Sequence record: LC788709.1
DNA from: Escherichia coli phage Shin27
Length of the DNA stretch: 64,000 nucleotides
Strand: one strand, 5' to 3'
Part shown: positions 58,700 to 64,000 of the stretch, in pieces
How the letters are laid out: each line of letters starts with the position of its first letter
How positions within the stretch are numbered: position 1 is the first letter of the stretch
Program-made: the position numbers and the translations under genes
The notes under the pieces: generated by a model
Database searches by the model: none
What the model was told of the DNA's origin: nothing
What the model saw: only the letters and a program-made list of their open reading frames with translations

Positions 58700-58835
58700 A
58701 GAAGCAGAAGGACTTGAACCTTCACGAGATAGACCATTTATCTCAGCCTCGTTTTCGGGTATCTTATGAGGAGTGGATGTTCCCCTTACGCCCTTTAGGA
58801 AGCCCCGTCTACCGATTCCGGCATACTTCAAGATT
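58700..58835 (-). ncRNA. tRNA-like element of atypical length (no canonical cloverleaf found)
   Basis: contains GGTTCAAGTCC T-arm and GAATCGGTAGA D-loop-like motifs but ~130 nt and no pairing acceptor stem by hand. Confidence 0.25.
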
Positions 58836-58925
58836 TGGCAGAAGATAATGGAGTCGAACCATCACCGTATCACTACAGCGGGCCGGTTTTCAAGACCGGT
58901 TACGTACCACTACGTCCTATCTTCT
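58836..58925 (-). tRNA. tRNA-Ser(TGA): tRNA-Ser (TGA), class II
   Basis: hand fold: perfect acceptor AGAAGAT/ATCTTCT, anticodon arm CCGGT-CTTGAAA-ACCGG, long variable arm, CCA encoded. Confidence 0.7.
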
Positions 58926-59152
58926 AGTATTTGTTCTACTTCTTTTCGAAGATCTTCTGGATTATCATGATAGGTTGTTTGCCATACATAAATAACTCCA
59001 GTATCACATGCTTTATCAAATATTTCTCGCTCAGGAAGTTTCATGCCCATTGCGTACTTGATATGAAACTCTAAAGCTTGCTTACTAGGGAATGTATGAC
59101 GCAAGAAAAACTTATCATTAACTAAATCCAACATCATAATCTTGACTTTCAT
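58910..59152 (-). CDS. hypothetical protein
   Basis: 80-aa ORF; 3' end overlaps tRNA-Ser by ~16 nt. Confidence 0.35.
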   Translation of the reverse strand: MKVKIMMLDLVNDKFFLRHTFPSKQALEFHIKYAMGMKLPEREIFDKACDTGVIYVWQTTYHDNPEDLRKEVEQILEDRT

Positions 59153-59173
59153 TTATATTCCCTATTAGTTGTT

Positions 59174-59266
59174 TGGCGGAAGAAGAGAGATTCGAACTCT
59201 CAAGCCTGCTTTAACAAGTCAGCCACTTTCCAAGCGGTTTTCGTCACCTAATCGATTTGCTCTTCC
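59174..59266 (-). tRNA. tRNA-Ser(GGA): tRNA-Ser (GGA) candidate, class II
   Basis: hand fold: acceptor GGAAGAG/TTCTTCC, anticodon loop TTGGAAA, long variable arm, T-loop TTCGAAT. Confidence 0.55.
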
Positions 59267-59440
59267 GTAGATCTCAGGATTAAATCATAAACTTCATTAG
59301 CAGATACTGGAAGTATGAGATTATACATCTTTTGGTCATACCTCTGACCATACTCTATAAACACATACTCTTTAGTTAATGTATTAACAGCTAACCAGAT
59401 ATCAGTTATAGGAGTTTTCATCATGAGTTAATCCAATGTT

Positions 59441-59521
59441 TGGTAGGGATGGAGGGACTCGAACCCACACCCGAAGACTAGAACCTAAATCTAGCGCGTC
59501 TGCCAATTTCGCCACATCCCC
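59441..59521 (-). tRNA. tRNA-Leu(TAG): tRNA-Leu (TAG)
   Basis: hand fold: acceptor GGGGATG/CATCCCT, D-loop AAATTGGCAGA, anticodon arm CTAGA-TTTAGGT-TCTAG, extended variable region. Confidence 0.6.
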
Positions 59522-59528
59522 ATTTTAT

Positions 59529-59747
59529 TTAGTTAGAAATAAATAGTAACCCTGCAACAATGGAACCTATGCCACTGAATACCATTATCAGCATAGCTTC
59601 TAAGCTGATAAAGCGGACGTTATATGGAGCGCCCCAAGAATAATCAGTAAAGAAAGTTTTCTTTTCTTTAGCTAAATCTTTAATAGTTCTAAAATAGATA
59701 GCTAGTGCTAAAGCTACAAGAACTACAGAGGCTGCTAAGAATACCAT
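59529..59747 (-). CDS. small membrane protein
   Basis: 72-aa ORF with two TM helices. Confidence 0.35.
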   Translation of the reverse strand: MVFLAASVVLVALALAIYFRTIKDLAKEKKTFFTDYSWGAPYNVRFISLEAMLIMVFSGIGSIVAGLLFISN

Positions 59748-59766
59748 ATTATTTCCTTAATTTGTT

Positions 59767-59842
59767 TGGTGGAGTCACTCAGAATTGAACTGAGTTCCAC
59801 TGCTTGCAAGGCAGTAAGTTTAACCAAATAACCTATGACCCC
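59767..59842 (-). tRNA. tRNA-Ala(TGC): tRNA-Ala (TGC)
   Basis: hand fold: G3-U70 in acceptor, anticodon arm ACTGC-CTTGCAA-GCAGT. Confidence 0.65.
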
Positions 59843-59847
59843 GAATT

Positions 59848-59926
59848 TGGTGGAGAATAAGAGATTCGAACTCTTCTGATATCCTCGGTGCAAGCGAGGT
59901 GTCCACTCCAAGCAGACCCATTCCCC
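59848..59926 (-). tRNA. tRNA-Ala(TGC): second tRNA with TGC anticodon (Ala-like, 7-nt variable loop)
   Basis: hand fold: acceptor GGGGAAT/ATTCTCC with G3-U70, anticodon arm CCTCG-CTTGCAC-CGAGG, T-loop TTCGAAT. Confidence 0.5.
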
Positions 59927-59929
59927 AAA

Positions 59930-60165
59930 ATCTTTAAGTTTACTAAGGCTATTAGCTCGGTGTGCGTATTACCCTCAGACATTAGCCAGTAGAGGATAAC
60001 CGCTCTTCACAAACCCGATACACTATTCAGTTGCCGCTGAATCTAGTGGACTAATCTAGAACTTATTGCAAAGTATCCCCCGCCATTAAGGGTCTACTTG
60101 CAATTGTGCTTTTTGGCAGCCAGTCCTAGGTCGAGCTAATACCTTAGTGAACTTTGATGAGGATT
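59930..60165 (-). ncRNA. ORF-free ~235-nt segment in tRNA array (candidate stable small RNA)
   Basis: no ORF >= 60 aa on either strand, lies downstream of promoter 60189-60217 and upstream of tRNAs. Confidence 0.2.
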
Positions 60166-60188
60166 TCTCCTCATCAATTTATATAAAT

Positions 60189-60217
60189 ATTATAACAAGA
60201 AATTAAGCATCAAGCAA
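60189..60217 (-). promoter_or_regulatory. T5-type early promoter (TTGCTT-N17-TATAAT)
   Basis: upstream of the ORF-free segment and tRNAs 59767-59926. Confidence 0.55.
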
Positions 60218-60569
60218 GTACATTTTTAGCGATTTCTTGTATTTCCTTAACGTCACTAACGAAAAGGTAATCAGAGCTTCCAGAGTGCATACTCTGCATA
60301 ACCACACCATCCTCTGGTGCATCTTCTTTCAAAGTAATACCTAACCAGAACTCGGCAAAACTAGGTGTTACCTCACCTTGACTTGCCTTGAATACATCGG
60401 CTTCTGTGATCTCCTGACCAGTAGAGAGTCCCATGTACGGTACGTTCAGATCAATATCTTTGTAAAACTCAGCTAGATCTTGTTCGAAGTCCCAACCTTT
60501 AGAGATAGCGAACTCCATTGTTACATGACCGAAATAGCCTTGAACCTTGCTTGATAATTGCATTTGCAA
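60210..60569 (-). CDS. hypothetical acidic protein
   Basis: 119-aa ORF. Confidence 0.4.
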   Translation of the reverse strand: MQMQLSSKVQGYFGHVTMEFAISKGWDFEQDLAEFYKDIDLNVPYMGLSTGQEITEADVFKASQGEVTPSFAEFWLGITLKEDAPEDGVVMQSMHSGSSDYLFVSDVKEIQEIAKNVLA

Positions 60570-60588
60570 TTCCTTATTTTGAGTTAAT

Positions 60589-60662
60589 TGGTACTCGGTG
60601 ATAGAATCGAACTATCGCAACCGCCGTGTAAAGACGGGGTTCTCCCATTAAACTAACCGAGC
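60589..60662 (-). tRNA. tRNA-Val(TAC): tRNA-Val (TAC)
   Basis: hand fold: anticodon arm CCGTC-TTTACAC-GGCGG, T-arm GATAG-TTCGATT-CTATC. Confidence 0.65.
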
Positions 60663-60666
60663 AATT

Positions 60667-60744
60667 TGGTGGATTGCCTGGGATTCGAACCCAGAACTGA
60701 CGGATTAAAGGTCCGCTACTCTTATCCGGTTGAGCTAGCAATCC
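60667..60744 (-). tRNA. tRNA-Lys(TTT): tRNA-Lys (TTT)
   Basis: hand fold: perfect acceptor GGATTGC/GCAATCC, anticodon loop CCTTTAA (C at position 33), T-loop TTCGAAT. Confidence 0.6.
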
Positions 60745-61208
60745 AATTTTTCTACTAATAATTTAAAAGCATCTAGTACAGGTACTTCAAACCATTCCCC
60801 GGATACTCTGTAGTCTTTGAGAAGATTATGTAACTCTTTCTCCGTACGTCTTTTATCTGACGAAAATCTGAAATGGTGTAGCTTGTAGTCTCTATTAGGT
60901 GAATAGGTTTGATAACTTGCTAACCTCTCATTTACATCTATAGTCATACCTATTTTATACATGCCTGGCCATGCGGGATTACCGATTACATATACAAAAC
61001 CTTCCGTTATAGGTATTTTATGTTCTCTTTTGTATTTTAAGAGATTTAAAGCTGCCATTCGATAACAGAATTTAAATTCTGAAGTTTTTAACTTACCCTC
61101 TTTACCAGAAATTTCATTATATTTGCTCATATAAGCTCTTATAAGCTTATCATCTATAATAAAATTATCAGGAAGGTTTAAGGCAGCTAAAACTTTATTA
61201 ATTAGCAT
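60735..61208 (-). CDS. T5orf172 / GIY-YIG-like domain protein
   Basis: 157-aa ORF; GFVYVIGNP...GMYKIGMT segment resembles T5orf172-type domain. Confidence 0.4.
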   Translation of the reverse strand: MLINKVLAALNLPDNFIIDDKLIRAYMSKYNEISGKEGKLKTSEFKFCYRMAALNLLKYKREHKIPITEGFVYVIGNPAWPGMYKIGMTIDVNERLASYQTYSPNRDYKLHHFRFSSDKRRTEKELHNLLKDYRVSGEWFEVPVLDAFKLLVEKLDC

Positions 61209-61383
61209 AAACTTCCTTAATAGAGTAGACTTTCAAGTAAGGATGATTAATACCAAATTCCGCCATTACTTCATTTTCATCTTTACCATAATGGGCTAGT
61301 GGATACTTCTTACGATCTTTACTAGAACGTAAATCACTTACTTTTAAACGAAATAATTTCATTTCGAAATCCTTCTATTAAAT

Positions 61384-61461
61384 TGGAAGCGGGTGCAGGA
61401 ATCGAACCTACCTCTTTCTAGCTTATGAGACTAGCGATCTCTACCAGAGATCTAACCCGCA
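61384..61461 (-). tRNA. tRNA-Met(CAT): tRNA with CAT anticodon and unpaired 1:72 position (initiator-like feature)
   Basis: hand fold: D-stem GATC/GATC, anticodon arm CTAGT-CTCATAA-GCTAG, T-loop TTCGATT, CCA encoded. Confidence 0.5.
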
Positions 61462-61467
61462 ATTGTT

Positions 61468-61545
61468 TGGTCTCCGTGGGAGGATTTGAACCCCCGACCC
61501 TATCGCCCCAAACGAAACGCTCTGGCCAAACTGAGCTACACGGAG
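61468..61545 (-). tRNA. tRNA-Pro(TGG): tRNA-Pro (TGG)
   Basis: hand fold: perfect acceptor CTCCGTG/CACGGAG, D-arm GCTC/GAGC, anticodon loop TTTGGGG, T-loop TTCAAAT. Confidence 0.65.
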
Positions 61546-61577
61546 AATATTCTTTGTTAACTCACTTTATAAAATAT

Positions 61578-61606
61578 ATTATACAGAGAATTAAGCTAAA
61601 TAGCAA
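61578..61606 (-). promoter_or_regulatory. T5-type early promoter (TTGCTA-N17-TATAAT)
   Basis: upstream of tRNA-Pro and the CAT tRNA. Confidence 0.55.
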
Positions 61607-61624
61607 CTACATTTTTTAATAAAT

Positions 61625-61855
61625 TTACTTATTGCGTAGGCCACCTGGAGGGTTCAAGCCCCACGGCTGACAAAGAAGTTTGCGAGACTTCTCTTAAACG
61701 CCAGAATAGACCCGCCGATCTATCGGAACCTACTCAATAAGTAAACTTTCGTTTACCTACACCTACCTGGTCGGGAGGATTTTCAGCGACTAGAACCGGC
61801 CGGAAACTCATCGCCTTGTTTATCTAGGAGTCCGTTCTCTAGGAAGCAGAAACCT
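61625..61855 (-). ncRNA. ORF-free ~230-nt segment in tRNA array (candidate stable small RNA)
   Basis: no ORF, between tRNA-Gly(GCC) and promoter 61578-61606. Confidence 0.2.
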
Positions 61856-61860
61856 AAATT

Positions 61861-61934
61861 TGGTGCGGTCGGAGGGAATCGAACCCTCAACTTCTGGTTG
61901 GCAACCAAAAATTATACCTTTTAACTACGAACGC
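61861..61934 (-). tRNA. tRNA-Gly(GCC): tRNA-Gly (GCC)
   Basis: hand fold: anticodon arm TTTGG-TTGCCAA-CCAGA, T-loop TTCGATT, CCA encoded. Confidence 0.6.
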
Positions 61935-61944
61935 ATAATAAGTC

Positions 61945-62060
61945 AATCTAGGCAGGACTTGAACCTGCTATCACTTGTGCGGATTTACGAGAACCATTCT
62001 TTCACTCGAATCGAACGAGCTTCTACCCTCGGCAAGCTGGTGTCCCCTCTCCACCACGCT
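61945..62060 (-). ncRNA. tRNA-like fragments (possible tRNA pseudogene or atypical RNA)
   Basis: two T-arm-like motifs (GCAGG-TTCAAGT-CCTGC and GCTCG-TTCGATT-CGAG) without a complete cloverleaf by hand. Confidence 0.2.
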
Positions 62061-62147
62061 AGAATGATAATTAGTGCCTGCTCCTTTGAATCAAGAAGTC
62101 CACCCCGGACTTTGGGTCTTTGCAGTACATCACGCTGCTCTGATGTT

Positions 62148-62224
62148 TGGTACACCCACTAGGACTTGAACCTAGAACCTACCGCTTAAGAGGCGGTAGC
62201 TCTAACCAATTGAGCTATGGATGT
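62148..62224 (-). tRNA. tRNA-Lys(CTT): tRNA-Lys (CTT)
   Basis: hand fold: D-arm GCTC-AATTGGTTA-GAGC, anticodon arm ACCGC-CTCTTAA-GCGGT, T-arm CTAGG-TTCAAGT-CCTAG. Confidence 0.6.
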
Positions 62225-62230
62225 ATAATT

Positions 62231-62305
62231 TGGCGGTACTAAGGGTAATCGAAACCCTACCTCTCCCGTGACAGGGGAGTATCCTAACCGTTAGACTATA
62301 GTACC
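62231..62305 (-). tRNA. tRNA-Asp(GTC): tRNA-Asp (GTC)
   Basis: hand fold: perfect acceptor GGTACTA/TAGTACC, anticodon arm CTCCC-CTGTCAC-GGGAG. Confidence 0.65.
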
Positions 62306-62877
62306 TTTAACTTTTTAAGTTCTTTAGGATTGCCTCCTAAAGAAGTGTATCTTTTACGCAACCCATTATCTGAATAACTTAACTTTCTCCCTGCACCTGA
62401 CCAGCCTAGCTCTCTTACTGTAACCTCGATTATTTCTTTAGTTATAGAGATATCTTTTGGTTTATGTGAAGAGCACTCCTGACATTTTTCAGCTTTTAAA
62501 GAAATAGCTTTACCACAATCCTTACAACAATTATCATGGTTTAGTTTACTAAATCCTTTATCTTTTAAAGTCTTTTCTAGATGCTGCTCTTTTGTGAGCA
62601 CTTGTAAGTTATTAAGACCCCAATAAGTAATGTCTGTGTTAATATGGTCAACTTCTAGTTCAGAGTCTAGACTTGGTAATTTCTTAAATGCACATGCTAA
62701 AATCCTATGTACACCGGTATTTCTCTGTTGACCATTTTTATGGAGACGTATAGATAAGTATCCGTAATTACTGGTTATTTGGGTTAGTATTTTGTTTGAT
62801 TTGATACTAAATACTAACCCATCCAAACTTACTAAGTACTCCTCAAACCCTGGAATGGGTAAGGATATTCCGTGCAT
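62296..62877 (-). CDS. HNH homing endonuclease
   Basis: 193-aa ORF; NUMOD4-like N-terminus, HNH core VDHINTD...NNLQVLTKEQH; abuts tRNA-Asp. Confidence 0.6.
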   Translation of the reverse strand: MHGISLPIPGFEEYLVSLDGLVFSIKSNKILTQITSNYGYLSIRLHKNGQQRNTGVHRILACAFKKLPSLDSELEVDHINTDITYWGLNNLQVLTKEQHLEKTLKDKGFSKLNHDNCCKDCGKAISLKAEKCQECSSHKPKDISITKEIIEVTVRELGWSGAGRKLSYSDNGLRKRYTSLGGNPKELKKLKVL

Positions 62878-62880
62878 AAT

Positions 62881-63066
62881 TTACTCAGTTTTGAGTTTTT
62901 CGATAGCTTCCTCAACCTCTTTTAGAGCTTCACGACGCTCTACTTGACCTTGAAGTTCTTCAAGAAGTTCAGCTTTCAGAGCCTTAATAATATTACCACG
63001 AACCTTAATATTATTAATCAGATTATCACGATCAGCTTCTAGTCGAGCAATTGCACGAGTTGTCAT
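62881..63066 (-). CDS. small coiled-coil protein
   Basis: 61-aa ORF. Confidence 0.3.
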   Translation of the reverse strand: MTTRAIARLEADRDNLINNIKVRGNIIKALKAELLEELQGQVERREALKEVEEAIEKLKTE

Positions 63067-63169
63067 ATCTATTTCCTCAGTTGTTAATGAAAAATGGTAT
63101 CTGTGACTGAATTCGATATCAGCAATGATAGCTGGTTGGCTACCGGTTTACTTAACTCTACACAGAATA

Positions 63170-63252
63170 TGGCGGGCCGTGTAGGATTCGAACCTACGTT
63201 GTCTTTCGACATGGATTAACAGTCCACCGCCAAACCGCTTGGCTAACGACCC
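63170..63252 (-). tRNA. tRNA-Asn(GTT): class II-like tRNA (Tyr-type architecture) with GTT (Asn) anticodon
   Basis: hand fold: 3-bp D-stem GCC/GGC, anticodon arm GTGGA-CTGTTAA-TCCAT, 13-nt variable arm, T-arm GTAGG-TTCGAAT-CCTAC, discriminator G. Confidence 0.5.
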
Positions 63253-63259
63253 TAAAATT

Positions 63260-63335
63260 TGGACGACCGCATGAGATTCGAACTCACATAAGGAGGTTTT
63301 GCAGGCCTCCGCCTAAGCCATTCAGCCAACGGTCG
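63260..63335 (-). tRNA. tRNA-Cys(GCA): tRNA-Cys (GCA)
   Basis: hand fold: anticodon loop CTGCAAA, T-loop TTCGAAT, CCA encoded. Confidence 0.55.
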
Positions 63336-63513
63336 ATTTATCTTGCTTTTCGAGATTAGTAAACTCTAGATCTTTAGAATGTCCTATAGATCTAGCATAA
63401 TAGCCATCTCCAGCATCGTAGCCTGATTTACCGCACTCACACATCTTAAACTCTCTATAATGAGTGAAAATATGTTCAGAACCACAACACTTAAATTTAA
63501 CTAACATTTTCAT
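63322..63513 (-). CDS. Cys-rich zinc-ribbon-like small protein
   Basis: 63-aa ORF with CCGSEH and CECG motifs. Confidence 0.35.
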   Translation of the reverse strand: MKMLVKFKCCGSEHIFTHYREFKMCECGKSGYDAGDGYYARSIGHSKDLEFTNLEKQDKSTVG

Positions 63514-63752
63514 TTAACACGCTCCGGTAAATCTTCGAGTTTATATTGAGTAGCCACATTAGCAGCATCTAGTAACAAACCCATATGTTTAAGAATCCTA
63601 GTGATAGCCTCGCCTTCTGCTTCTTCTACAAAAGTGCGTAGTTGAATGAAGTCAATACCCCCATCCATACCAGAGAAAATGTTTAGTAAGCGAAGCATTA
63701 CCAGCTTACGTTCTTTCAATTCTTGTTCTGTCATGTTGCTTCTCCAGTTCAA
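63510..63752 (-). CDS. hypothetical protein
   Basis: 80-aa ORF directly downstream of a T5-type promoter. Confidence 0.4.
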   Translation of the reverse strand: MNWRSNMTEQELKERKLVMLRLLNIFSGMDGGIDFIQLRTFVEEAEGEAITRILKHMGLLLDAANVATQYKLEDLPERVK

Positions 63753-63763
63753 TTTATGTAATA

Positions 63764-63792
63764 ATTATACAGAACTTTAAGCGGTTAAGCAA
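63764..63792 (-). promoter_or_regulatory. T5-type early promoter (TTGCTT-N17-TATAAT)
   Basis: upstream of 63510..63752. Confidence 0.55.
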
Positions 63793-63801
63793 CTACATTT
63801 T

Positions 63802-64000
63802 TTAAGAATTTGATGCCTTTCTTTTTCTTCTTATATTTCCACGTTAACGGGTTCTGTCGATTATGAACGCTTGAGATCTTTGTCTCGTCAAAGTTCTTCA
63901 AAACCATGTAATCACAGGCCAACTGTTCTAGTGGGATGTGATCTCCATCAAAAGCATAAACATAAGGCTGTTGACTAGCACGATAATGATAGACTTTGTT
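63802..64000 (-). CDS. hypothetical protein, 3' portion only (gene start beyond window)
   Basis: open minus-strand frame running to window edge, stop near 63802. Confidence 0.3.

Overview
The window reads as a T5-like (Tequintavirus-type) lytic siphophage genome segment; no database search was possible, so every call rests on motifs, gene order and protein sizes read by eye. Four blocks: (1) 190-25950, minus strand: complete late morphogenesis module (L-shaped tail fibre, collar, central fibre, baseplate hub, distal tail protein, tape measure, chaperones, tail tube, head-tail joining proteins, major capsid, prohead protease, decoration, portal, HNH endonuclease, terminase large/small, receptor-binding protein), followed by a divergently transcribed Llp-like lipoprotein gene with its own promoter. 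(2) 26300-38400: a more G+C-rich region resembling a T5 terminal-repeat/pre-early (first-step-transfer) region, with a HAD 5'-nucleotidase (dmp-like) and a 554-aa metallophosphoesterase (A1-like) on the minus strand, an ORF-poor stretch with DnaA boxes and near-consensus LexA boxes, a compact plus-strand cassette of about nine small genes of unknown function (33544-36995) bracketed by inverted and direct repeats, and dense short-repeat arrays (37260-38230). (3) 38500-56500, minus strand: AT-rich early region with many small ORFs, each unit preceded by a T5-type sigma70 promoter (TTGCTW-N17-TATAAT plus conserved AT-rich leader) and often a rho-independent terminator; recognisable products are two HNH endonucleases, two metallophosphatases, a thioredoxin-like protein, an M15-type endolysin with membrane proteins, a ClpP-like protease, a dNMP-kinase-like P-loop protein and a GrcA-like glycyl-radical protein. 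(4) 56800-63340: a minus-strand tRNA array (22 hand-folded tRNAs plus tRNA-like fragments and ORF-free segments) interleaved with small ORFs and an HNH homing endonuclease. The best candidate for an undescribed system is the repeat-bracketed plus-strand pre-early cassette with its flanking DnaA/LexA-box modules. All tRNA folds, anticodons and coordinates were derived by hand and may be off by a few nucleotides.
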